Of a stretch of 64,000 nt of DNA, positions 20,753-29,203 are shown one piece after another (the stretch's first letter is position 1; the number at the start of each line of letters is the position of its first letter). Position numbers and translations under genes: made by a program. The notes beneath the pieces were generated by a model, which had not been told where the DNA came from, made no database searches, and saw nothing but the letters and a program-made list of their open reading frames with translations. The DNA is from an uncultured Nitrospiraceae bacterium. Its GTDB lineage: Bacteria > Nitrospirota > Thermodesulfovibrionia > Thermodesulfovibrionales > UBA6898. Location of the stretch: assembly GCA_963811165.1 (NCBI GenBank), contig CAWEQH010000004.1, forward strand, positions 576,001-640,000, given 5' to 3'.

Positions 20753-22168
20753 CCAGTGAGCAAGTAAGTGGAAAATCCATTCCCTGATCCTGGGGAACAA
20801 AGGTCTTTTCCTCCACTCTTCCCACTGGATCTGATTGGATTCCTGAAGGTCTCCGACGAACATCTTCTCCATTTCTTCGGCGAAATGCCGACTCAAAATT
20901 ACCGCGTTCACCTCATCGTTGTTTAAGAAACTCCAGAAGTCCATATTAGTGGACCCCACCGTCGACCACACACCGTCGATTACTCCGGTTTTGGCGTGCA
21001 GCACTGCATTGCGTCTCTCATAGAGGTTTACCCCCGATTTCAAAAGGTCAGAGTAGTAGTATTTGCCCGCATAAAACGCGATCGGGGAATCACTTATGCT
21101 GGGAAGGACAATCTTTACGTCTACGCCGCGTTTGGCGGCATCGGTCAGGGCCCGCACAAGCTGCTTGTCGGGGATAAAATAGGAGTTCGTGAGGTGAACG
21201 GCATTCTCCGCGAAGGTCACGGCTGAAACATACATGATGAAGGTGATCCTGTTCATCTGCCCCGGGGTGCTGTCGATTACCTGCACCAGGTCATGTCCCG
21301 CTTCCTTAAGTTCAGGGAAGTAATTTCTTTCAGGAAGTTTCGGACCTTTTTGGTTCTGCCAGCTTCGGAGAAATATTCTTTGATACTCCGCGACTGCAGG
21401 GCCTTCAATATACACATCTGTGTCACGCCAGGGGATCTGTTGCCCTTTTTCCTGCTCGCTGCCCGAAAGCCCGCCGGAATATACCTCGCTGATATTGACC
21501 CCGCCCGTAACAGCGACTTTACCGTCGACGATCAGTATCTTTCGGTGATCGCGATTTATCAGACGCCATCTTCCATGGGCCTTCATCGGATTTATGGGGT
21601 TGAATTCGAGGACCTGGATCCCGGCCTCCCTCATGCGCTGGAAAAAAGCCTGCGGCGTACTGATACTTCCCACGCTGTCATACATGAGATTGACCTGAAC
21701 GCCCTCCGACTGTTTTTTCAGCAGGAGGTCTGCGAATTTGCGCCCGGTTTCATCGTCTTCAATAATGAATGTTTCGAGATTGATATGGTCTTTGGCGGCA
21801 TCCACTGCGCCGAACATGGCGGCATAAGTGGCCGGGCCGTCAATGAGAAGACTTACTTTGTTTCCTTTGACCAGGGGGGTGCCGCTTACGGATTCTATTA
21901 CCGCGATGTGATGATCGAGAAGGTCCGTAGGTCCGACGGATTTTTTCAGCCGTTCTATGAGGACCTTGCTTTGCTTCGGAGAGAGAAATCCTCTGGCCGA
22001 AAGGATCTGGGGCTGATCTTCGGTATCAGGGGCACCTTTAATTACTTCGGAAACCCTGGGGAGGCTTGCACAGCCGGTGAAGGAAAAAAGAGAAATCGAT
22101 AAAAGAAATAAAAAAAAGAGGATCCTGAAACTTTTCATAGTTCTTCGAGTAAAGGATTTCGACATCAC
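20747..22168 (-). CDS. cls: Cardiolipin synthase / PLD-family phosphatidyltransferase
   Basis: Two HKD motifs (HRKILIVD, HAKTGVID); lipoprotein-like N-terminus (..FTGC); start uncertain. Confidence 0.88.
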   Translation of the reverse strand: MMSKSFTRRTMKSFRILFFLFLLSISLFSFTGCASLPRVSEVIKGAPDTEDQPQILSARGFLSPKQSKVLIERLKKSVGPTDLLDHHIAVIESVSGTPLVKGNKVSLLIDGPATYAAMFGAVDAAKDHINLETFIIEDDETGRKFADLLLKKQSEGVQVNLMYDSVGSISTPQAFFQRMREAGIQVLEFNPINPMKAHGRWRLINRDHRKILIVDGKVAVTGGVNISEVYSGGLSGSEQEKGQQIPWRDTDVYIEGPAVAEYQRIFLRSWQNQKGPKLPERNYFPELKEAGHDLVQVIDSTPGQMNRITFIMYVSAVTFAENAVHLTNSYFIPDKQLVRALTDAAKRGVDVKIVLPSISDSPIAFYAGKYYYSDLLKSGVNLYERRNAVLHAKTGVIDGVWSTVGSTNMDFWSFLNNDEVNAVILSRHFAEEMEKMFVGDLQESNQIQWEEWRKRPLFPRIREWIFHLLAHWL

Positions 22169-22446
22169 AATTCATATCGCCCTGGGATTAAAATTACCAG
22201 GGGCGAAGCCCCTTTATGATTCCGAGCAAAACCATGACGACTCCCCCCTGAACAAGCGCTCCATATTCCACTAAAATACCTTCGTCCTACTCCATATCTT
22301 ATTATCTATCACAGCGCCGACCCTAAAGCAAATTGCGGTAAGCGGGTGACACTGGCAAGCCGGGAATGTTGACAATAACACTGGATGTGTTAGGCTTTAC
22401 TAAGCGCTGTTAAACGGCGGCACCTTACGAAAAGGAGGAGACGGAT

Positions 22447-23037
22447 ATGCCTTACGCAGCTAAAGATTACGGTAAATTAATCGGGATGAGCGGGTTTAGT
22501 GAAACACTCCTGAAGAACCATTTTACCTTGTACCAGGGGTATGTGACGAATACAAACAAGGTGCTCGATGTCCTTGGCCAGATGCTCAAAGACGCAAAGA
22601 CGGGGACCCCGGAGTATGCCGAACTCAAGAGGAGATGTGGCTGGGAATTCAACGGAATGAGGCTCCATGAGTACTACTTCGAAAACCTCGGCGGAAAGAC
22701 CCCCCTCGACAAGTACGGCGCCCTGGGCAAGCAGATGCAGTGCGACTTCGGCAGTGTTGAGGAATGGGAGAAGGACTTTAGGGCCACGGGGGCGATGAGG
22801 GGCATCGGTTGGGCGGTGCTGTATCAGGACAACCTAAGCCAAAGGCTTTTCAACTTCTGGATAAACGAGCATGATGCCGGACATCCGGCCGGGTGCGTGC
22901 CGGTACTGATTATGGATGTGTTCGAGCATGCATTCATGATCGATTACGGACTAAAGAGGGCCGATTATATCGAGTCCTTTTTCAAAAATATCGATTGGAA
23001 GGCCGCCGAATCAAGGATGCTCAATAAGGTGGGTTGA
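22447..23037 (+). CDS. Fe/Mn superoxide dismutase family protein
   Basis: NHF.LY.GYV, LHEYYF, DVFEHAF metal ligands; AGGAGG RBS. Confidence 0.9.
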   Translation: MPYAAKDYGKLIGMSGFSETLLKNHFTLYQGYVTNTNKVLDVLGQMLKDAKTGTPEYAELKRRCGWEFNGMRLHEYYFENLGGKTPLDKYGALGKQMQCDFGSVEEWEKDFRATGAMRGIGWAVLYQDNLSQRLFNFWINEHDAGHPAGCVPVLIMDVFEHAFMIDYGLKRADYIESFFKNIDWKAAESRMLNKVG

Positions 23038-23049
23038 TGCCGACCTGAC

Positions 23050-23084
23050 AAAAAAACCCTGATCCCTTCGAAAAGGGATCAGGG
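23050..23084 (-). terminator. Rho-independent terminator closing the rSAM-peptide unit
   Basis: CCCTGATCCCT-tcgaaa-AGGGATCAGGG stem with an A7 run on the left, giving a U-tract on the minus strand. Confidence 0.85.
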
Positions 23085-23108
23085 GCATTATCGCGGGGTC
23101 TTACTCTT

Positions 23109-23171
23109 CTAGCAGGAACTTTTGCACTTACAGGTGAGAGCGGACTTTTTCTGGACCTTCCTGATCGTCAT
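23109..23171 (-). CDS. 20-aa Cys-rich peptide MTIRKVQKKSALTCKCKSSC, putative RiPP precursor (not in the ORF track)
   Basis: Hand translation; RBS AAAGGTGGTG 5 nt before the ATG; 33 nt after the rSAM stop; terminator follows. Confidence 0.75.
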   Translation of the reverse strand: MTIRKVQKKSALTCKCKSSC

Positions 23172-23204
23172 ACATACACCACCTTTCATACAGGAATCCC
23201 GGCC

Positions 23205-24356
23205 TCATGCAGGACCGTCATACTGATCCATTATATCATACATGGCGCATCTGTAAAGGTCCCTTCCGAGCGGACCTTCAAGGGCCTCGGCCCTGTATCT
23301 GCATCCGCCCCGGCAGTGCTCAAGATGCGTGCAGTCGCATCTGAGGGCGGCGAGCCTGACGGGCGCTATCCTTTGCCAGCACGCTGCGAGTCCGTCGGCG
23401 ACGCTGCCGGCAGGGCTATCGGAATAGAAGGTGCATTTTGAAGCCGCCCCTTTTGCGGATACGGACATTAAGTGCAGACCGCATGCAAAACCGGGTTCTC
23501 CTGCATGGATCCCGCTGCCGTACCCATAAGCGAGGTACCTCCCGCCCTCCCGGGGGCTTACCATGAGCTCCCTATTGCGTTTCATTCTCCCTTCCGCGCA
23601 CGGCACGTCGACGGTCCAGTCCTTGACCCCCATTTCTCTGAAGAGTTTTTCCATGGCATCGAAATCATTCAGATTTGCGCAGTGGACCATAGTGGAGACT
23701 GAGACAGCGAATCCTTTCGCGAGGCAGTTTCTCGCCGCGTCGAGGGAGGCATGAAAGGTCCCTTTCCCACGCAACAGGTCGTGTGGGCCTTCAAGACCGT
23801 CTATGCTTATCTGTATTTCATTGACATTGAGTCCTTCGATGATCTCCCCTTTCAGCAAGGTGCCGTTTGTAAACAGGACCTTTCTGAATGAAAATGCCGG
23901 GAGCATCTCGTTGATCTCGGCAAAGCGGCTGTGCAAAAGCGGTTCTCCTCCGGTAATAAGCAGTCTCAGACCCTGCATTTCCTCAAACTCTTGCAGGACC
24001 TTTTTTATCTCATGCACGGAGAGTTCAGCCTTCCCGTTTTCTTCGATATAGCAATGTCTGCATCTCAAATTGCACCTTCCCGTGATCTGCAGTTCCAGAT
24101 ACCGAAGTGATGGGCGGGGGGACTTCATAAGGGGAGGTCTCATGAGCGGCATTCTTTCGGTCAATAAAATGCCTTCCCCGAGGCAGTAGTCTGTAAAATC
24201 CCGGCTATCGGAACATCCGCCGTGTTCGGAAGAACATCCTTTAAGGAATTCAAAGGATTCTTCGTCCAGATCATAAAGCTCGTCTGTCCCGATATGATAA
24301 ACCGAAGGCGTTTCGAGCCATTTGAGCGCGCATGCATTCGATAAGAAAAAACGCAT
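23205..24356 (-). CDS. Radical SAM/SPASM-domain protein with N-terminal extension (putative peptide maturase)
   Basis: CNLRCRHC, TGGEPLLH, ISIDG, C-terminal C..C..CDC.....CRGGCRYRA..DLYRC; about 80-aa N-terminal domain. Confidence 0.9.
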   Translation of the reverse strand: MRFFLSNACALKWLETPSVYHIGTDELYDLDEESFEFLKGCSSEHGGCSDSRDFTDYCLGEGILLTERMPLMRPPLMKSPRPSLRYLELQITGRCNLRCRHCYIEENGKAELSVHEIKKVLQEFEEMQGLRLLITGGEPLLHSRFAEINEMLPAFSFRKVLFTNGTLLKGEIIEGLNVNEIQISIDGLEGPHDLLRGKGTFHASLDAARNCLAKGFAVSVSTMVHCANLNDFDAMEKLFREMGVKDWTVDVPCAEGRMKRNRELMVSPREGGRYLAYGYGSGIHAGEPGFACGLHLMSVSAKGAASKCTFYSDSPAGSVADGLAACWQRIAPVRLAALRCDCTHLEHCRGGCRYRAEALEGPLGRDLYRCAMYDIMDQYDGPA

Positions 24357-24640
24357 TTCTTATTTTACTGCGGATCGGTATCTAAAGCCAACAGCCGATA
24401 GAACTGTGGGCAGATGATAATTAAGCGGGCAGGCCTTTGGGGATCGGGGATAGGCCTGCCCTTTGGGGATCGAAGGTAAGTTTTCAAAATGGGGATCATT
24501 TGGAGGGTACTTACCTTCATAAATATCATACCACGACTAGCCGGCTGTCCGCCAGTGGAATGTGCATGTCCGATAAAATATCCAGGATAACGGCGTCGAA
24601 TAATTTTGCCCTGGAGTGGTTATTGGAGATAATATAAACA

Positions 24641-24970
24641 ATGACGCTTATACGACAACTTTGCCTTCAATTCTGTCCCTACTACAAATCCTCAAAAAAT
24701 GAGGAGCTTGCCTGTGGCGGGTTTGTTGAGGTGCAGTCGCTATTAGAGAAGGGCAGGCGGATCTCATTTGATATGCGTGGCAGGGCGGTCGGACCGGAGA
24801 CTGTCAGGGCGCTTATGCGGAAAGTGTGCACGGCCTGCCCGTTTTACGGGGAGGATTGCGACTTTATCCTGAAGGGTGGAGCGGCCTCGCCGTGCGGCGG
24901 CTTTTTGTTGCTGGGACAGCTTGTGGATGAAGGGACAATATCTGTTGACGACGTAGGGGAGATGGACTAA
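24641..24970 (+). CDS. Small Cys-rich hypothetical protein
   Basis: GGAG RBS; twice-repeated C..CP(Y/F)Y...CGGF motif. Confidence 0.7.
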   Translation: MTLIRQLCLQFCPYYKSSKNEELACGGFVEVQSLLEKGRRISFDMRGRAVGPETVRALMRKVCTACPFYGEDCDFILKGGAASPCGGFLLLGQLVDEGTISVDDVGEMD

Positions 24971-25011
24971 GCTTTACGTATATTTATTCGGAATCTTATA
25001 CGGGGGGAACC

Positions 25012-25482
25012 ATGGAAAAATTTTCACTTCGCGAGGCGATCGAACAGGCGGTACAGACGGAAAGATTGGGGTTTGAGTTTTACCGTGAGATGGCGAAACG
25101 GTTTAGTGATAAGCAGCAGATGAGGGATTTGTGCGAGACGCTTGCGCGGAAAGAGCTCGATCATGAGAAAAGGTTTTCGCAACTCATGGGGGCGGTGAAG
25201 GATGGAGGGGAAGAGGATTGGGATGAGGTCTCGAAATATTTGAGGGCGATCGTGGAGTCCGAGTTTTTCCTGGGCAAGGGGAAATCACTGCCTTCACTCG
25301 ACAAAGTAAAGACGGTTGCCGATGCGGTCAGGTTTGCGATCGGTTTTGAGAAGGAGACGCTGCTTTATTTCTATGGGATAAGGGATGTGCTCAAGGAAAA
25401 AGACGTTGTCTCTGAGATCATCGCCGAAGAAAAGAGCCACATACTTTGGCTTAGCGGATTCGCCCCCGGCACGAAACAATAG
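25012..25482 (+). CDS. Ferritin-like / rubrerythrin-family protein
   Basis: E..G.EFY, E..H, FEKETLLYF, EE..H diiron pattern. Confidence 0.85.
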   Translation: MEKFSLREAIEQAVQTERLGFEFYREMAKRFSDKQQMRDLCETLARKELDHEKRFSQLMGAVKDGGEEDWDEVSKYLRAIVESEFFLGKGKSLPSLDKVKTVADAVRFAIGFEKETLLYFYGIRDVLKEKDVVSEIIAEEKSHILWLSGFAPGTKQ

Positions 25483-25904
25483 TGCGGCAGTTGATAGGGT
25501 ATTTGAGGCTCTTACATGGTGCTTTCAATCTCTTTGTCATGATGTTTTTTATCTACCAGGGACGCGCGGGGCTGAGGATAAGAAAGGAAAGGGACAAAGG
25601 CATCGTTACGCCTTCTCTTATTAAAAAGCACCGAACGACCGGTCCTGTTCTGGCGGTATTGGGGCTTTTAGGGTTCATTTCGGGGATCGTAATAGTCTTG
25701 TTCCATTTCGCCACCGTGGTGAAGTATCCCCTCCACCTTGCGGTTGGATCGGCGTTGGCACTTTGTATTGCCGCAACTTACCGGATATCCAGGGGAATAA
25801 AGGTCCACGAGCCTCAGTGGAGGACATTGCATTTTGCTTTTGGCCTGGGTGTCTTGAACCTGTACGCTGCTCAGGTCTTTCTTGGATTTGGGATCCTTTT
25901 TTGA
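25482..25904 (+). CDS. DUF4079-like membrane protein with conserved His residues
   Basis: Four TM segments, each with a His (LLHG, KHR, PLH, LHF). Confidence 0.6.
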   Translation: MRQLIGYLRLLHGAFNLFVMMFFIYQGRAGLRIRKERDKGIVTPSLIKKHRTTGPVLAVLGLLGFISGIVIVLFHFATVVKYPLHLAVGSALALCIAATYRISRGIKVHEPQWRTLHFAFGLGVLNLYAAQVFLGFGILF

Positions 25905-25987
25905 GGCGGCGGCAGACCGCAGGACCACAGGAAGTATCTTGCCTTTGGCAGTGGTTTAACTGATGACCGCCACTACCTTGCCGTTCC

Positions 25988-26016
25988 TTTACAAAGGGGA
26001 GGAGTTGTTGTATTAT
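25988..26016 (+). promoter_or_regulatory. Putative sigma70 promoter for tRNA-Ser
   Basis: TTTACA-N17-TATTAT ending 11 nt before the tRNA. Confidence 0.6.
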
Positions 26017-26027
26017 ATTCTGTTTTG

Positions 26028-26120
26028 GGAGAGGTGGCCGAGTCGGTCGAAGGCAGCCGCCTGCTAAGCGGTTGTGGGGGTAAAACTTCACCCAGGGTTC
26101 GAATCCCTGCCTCTCCGCCA
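26028..26120 (+). tRNA. tRNA-Ser(GCT)
   Basis: GGAGAGG/CCTCTCC acceptor stem, anticodon loop CT-GCT-AA, long variable arm, GGTTCGAATCC, encoded CCA. Confidence 0.97.
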
Positions 26121-26201
26121 TTTGGCAGTTATTGATGTGTGACGATAGTTGTGAAGTGAAGGTCCGAAAGATAGGTTTATTTTAAGATAAGGAGGTTAAT
26201 T

Positions 26202-26822
26202 ATGAAGAAAGTCCTAATTGTAGTCTGCAGTCTTTCGTTGCTTTTGGCAGCAGGGGCCTGCAAGAAAAAGGAGCAGACGGTTCCGCAGCCGTCTATGCCC
26301 GGACCCCAGCAGCAGCTTCCGCCCGGTCATCCGGGGATGGCGCCTGGCGGACCTGTTGCGCCTGCCGCGCCTGGTGTACCCGGTGCCCCTGCTGGCGTAC
26401 CTGGAACAGCCGGGGTGCCCGGCAACATAGTGATGCCGAAAGGTGAAACGATGGTCAACATTCCCGATGCGGTAAAGGGAAAATGGAAGGCCGTAATCCT
26501 GATAGTCGAAGACAAGGCAAGCAAGAAGTCATCGGAATATACGATAAAACTTAACAGCGATTTCAAGATCCCGAATTCGAATCTTAAGATTACTGTTGGA
26601 GATTTCCTGCCTGATTTCAGGATGAACGGACTTGAGATCACGTCGATGTCTAATGATCCCAACAACCCTGCGGTCGGGATTAAGGTCTTTGAGGGCGGCA
26701 AAGAGATATTCCCCGCGCCCGGGAAGAAGTGGGGATGGCTATATGCCAAGTTCCCCACAATGCATCCCTTCGAGCATGCAAAGTACGGGATTTCATTGAA
26801 AGAGGGAATAAAGAAAGGCTAA
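26202..26822 (+). CDS. Proline-rich lipoprotein (DUF2155-like C-terminal domain)
   Basis: Lipobox LAAGAC, Pro/Gly/Ala-rich linker, TAAGGAGG RBS. Confidence 0.75.
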   Translation: MKKVLIVVCSLSLLLAAGACKKKEQTVPQPSMPGPQQQLPPGHPGMAPGGPVAPAAPGVPGAPAGVPGTAGVPGNIVMPKGETMVNIPDAVKGKWKAVILIVEDKASKKSSEYTIKLNSDFKIPNSNLKITVGDFLPDFRMNGLEITSMSNDPNNPAVGIKVFEGGKEIFPAPGKKWGWLYAKFPTMHPFEHAKYGISLKEGIKKG

Positions 26823-26836
26823 ATGTATTAAGGAGT

Positions 26837-26913
26837 GCGCCCTTAGCTCAGCTGGATAGAGCGTCGGACTACGAATCCGCAGGTCGGGGGTTCGACTCCC
26901 TCAGGGCGCGCCA
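26837..26913 (+). tRNA. tRNA-Arg(ACG)
   Basis: GCGCCCT/AGGGCGC acceptor stem, AGCTCAGCTGGATAGAGC D-arm, loop CT-ACG-AA, GGTTCGACTCC, CCA. Confidence 0.97.
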
Positions 26914-26947
26914 CCTTTTCTTGGCTTAGATAAAGGATTTACAAGGG

Positions 26948-26976
26948 GCTGTGAGCAAAACTCACAGCTTTTTTTT
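26948..26976 (+). terminator. Rho-independent terminator after tRNA-Arg
   Basis: GCTGTGAG-caaaa-CTCACAGC followed by T8. Confidence 0.9.
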
Positions 26977-27154
26977 GTGGGCTGATGCCACACTGTGAAA
27001 TTTCGTTTCAGAGTTTCCTTTATTGTCTTTTAGGGGGAGGAAATCTAAACGGACCAGCCATAGAATTTTGCCATAGGATTTCCGGTCGGAATCGATCTAT
27101 TACCTGTCGGAGAGGAGCTTTGCCGGGAAGCGCGGCAGCGGATCAGCGTGTGCA

Positions 27155-28126
27155 CTACCCCCGCCCCTTTACGGCAGGGAACAGGGTTTCGATGTCCAAT
27201 CGCGGAAGGACGGAAGAAAGTGCCTTCAGTATGCCGGGATCAAAGTCGGTTTGTGCCTGCTGCATCATCTTCCGTTGTACTTCTGAAGGCGATACGCCCT
27301 TCCCTGAAGAGGGACCGGACATAAGAGAATCGTACGCGTCCGCCGCTGCGATGATTCGCGCTCCGAGCGGAATTTCATCTCCCGCCAAATGGAATTCTCC
27401 GCTGCCGTCGAATTTCTCGCGGTTATACAAAATGGAAGGCAATACGTCGAGGATCTTCCCGCAGACCGGTTCTAACGCATCTGTACCGCGCGGCGTGCGA
27501 ATCCCGGCGTGGCAGTATTCCTCGCTCGTCATCTTGTCAATCTTCTTAAGGACTTCACTGCTGACGCCGAGTCTGCCGAGGTCGTGCAAGAGAGAGGCAA
27601 TCCGGATATTTTCTACCCAAACCTCCGACAGCCCCAACTCTCTCGCGATCATTCCCGAGATCACGGAAACCCTGTAAGAGTGGCTCTGGGTAGCCTTGTC
27701 GGCGGAATCTATGATAAGCGACATCATCTCGATAATCCCCTGGTAGGTCTTTTTGATTTCCTTGTTCGCCTTCTCTTTCTTTTCGTATAAATGGCCCATG
27801 AAATACCCCGTGATAATCAGGAAGCTTCCCCATGTGGCGATATTCAGCCATCTGAAAAAAGGTGTTTCCTTATCCGTAGTGAAGGTGGAAGGGTAATTGT
27901 AGGCAATCAGAGAGATAAGTATTATAGAAAATAGTGCGGATTGGGTAGCATAGCGCTTGCCGAAAAAATAAGCGCCGATTAAAACGGGAAGGTAAAAGAA
28001 ATTAAGAAAGGTCCACTGGTTGGAGACAAAAAAGAAGATAATCCCTGTGATGGAGACAAGAAAAAAAACTATGATGAGTTCCTTGTCGATCGTGAAATAT
28101 TTCGTTAGTTTTCTTTTGGAAAGCAT
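27155..28126 (-). CDS. Membrane-anchored degenerate HD-GYP domain protein
   Basis: N-terminal TMs; HS.RV, LLHDLG, IPLGARIIAAADAYD; HHE and GYP motifs altered. Confidence 0.8.
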   Translation of the reverse strand: MLSKRKLTKYFTIDKELIIVFFLVSITGIIFFFVSNQWTFLNFFYLPVLIGAYFFGKRYATQSALFSIILISLIAYNYPSTFTTDKETPFFRWLNIATWGSFLIITGYFMGHLYEKKEKANKEIKKTYQGIIEMMSLIIDSADKATQSHSYRVSVISGMIARELGLSEVWVENIRIASLLHDLGRLGVSSEVLKKIDKMTSEEYCHAGIRTPRGTDALEPVCGKILDVLPSILYNREKFDGSGEFHLAGDEIPLGARIIAAADAYDSLMSGPSSGKGVSPSEVQRKMMQQAQTDFDPGILKALSSVLPRLDIETLFPAVKGRG

Positions 28127-28412
28127 TTTCCCTTATGACGCCGGTCCTCTGCCGGCGGCCGGGTTACCAGGCAGAAATATTCGTGAGTTCATCTCGGGAC
28201 ATGTCCTTCATCTGACCACATTACGGGGAATGATAGCCTGCTCGGCAGAGAAAATTCCACTTTAGCTCCGCACCATAGCGGGTGGCCCCGATAGTGCGCG
28301 ACGTTTGTGTCTCTGCCGCAATGGGGAGGAAAAGACGCAATGACGTGCGAAGTGCAGGAGAGGGAGGTTGGGGAACGCGAGATTATGCCCCGATGTAGCG
28401 CGCGGTCCGACA

Positions 28413-28994
28413 CTATTTTCTGATGATCGCCCTGACAATGTCCCTCCGGGAGATGATCCCGATGAGCTTGTTCTCCTTGTCGATGACGGGCAGCCTCCGT
28501 ATTCTTTTTTCATCCATGGCCTTCGCCGCCTCGCTGATATCGACATCGGGCTTTATGGTTACTGCCGGAGCGGTCATGATGTCTCCGACGAGGTCCCCCA
28601 TCCTTCTTTCATGGAGCGGTTCGCCGAAAAGATGTCGTATGATGTCTGTAAAGGTGTGGCCCCTTTTTGCCCCCATCATGGAAAGGACATCCGCTTCGGA
28701 TATGATGCCGATGACGCGGTTTTCCTTGTCCACCACGGGAAGGCCGCTGATATTATTTTCCGAGAGGATCTTTGCCGCCGCGTTAATGTCGTCGAATTTC
28801 TGAACCGCCACCACATCCCTCTTCATCACATCCTGTACCCGTATCTTTGATACTATCCGCGATCTCGCATGTTTGAAGGCCGTGGCGTAGATTTTTTTCA
28901 GCTCTTCTGCGGTAATGTTCGAATAGGTCTTCGTTTCCTTGAGCGCTGCGATAAGGTCTTCATCCGAGATTTCTTCATGAATGTTGTCGTCCAT
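28413..28994 (-). CDS. CBS domain-pair protein
   Basis: V.DVM, SGLPVVD..GIISEAD, RRLPVID..GIISRRD. Confidence 0.9.
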   Translation of the reverse strand: MDDNIHEEISDEDLIAALKETKTYSNITAEELKKIYATAFKHARSRIVSKIRVQDVMKRDVVAVQKFDDINAAAKILSENNISGLPVVDKENRVIGIISEADVLSMMGAKRGHTFTDIIRHLFGEPLHERRMGDLVGDIMTAPAVTIKPDVDISEAAKAMDEKRIRRLPVIDKENKLIGIISRRDIVRAIIRK

Positions 28995-29203
28995 TTATTC
29001 CCTCGTAAATGAAATTTCGGCCGTCGACTGATGAGGCCATCCCCCACCGTCATACAAAACTACTAGCACAATAAAGTGCGTAATTCAAGCCACTCAATTA
29101 TACAGCATGGCCGCTGCATATAGGAAGACGTTTGATGCCGGGCCCCGGCTATACGGGAATGCGACCGGTTGTCAAAGGGCGGGGCCGGGAACTATAATTC
29201 AGG

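Noticed and set aside
23128..23175. Alternative short ORF MYDDQEGPEKVRSHL from ATG 23175
   Set aside because: The ATG is only 1 nt from the RBS and the product has no features; the 23171 start has proper spacing
24425..24476. GGGCAGGCCT/AGGCCTGCCC hairpin with duplicated CCTTTGGGGATCG
   Set aside because: Short local duplication; no function can be supported from the sequence
25675..26121. 148-aa minus-strand ORF starting MAERQGFEPW
   Set aside because: It is the antisense reading of tRNA-Ser, a common false ORF
26914..29200. Integrative island at tRNA-Arg
   Set aside because: No integrase and no duplicated tRNA 3' end seen in the window
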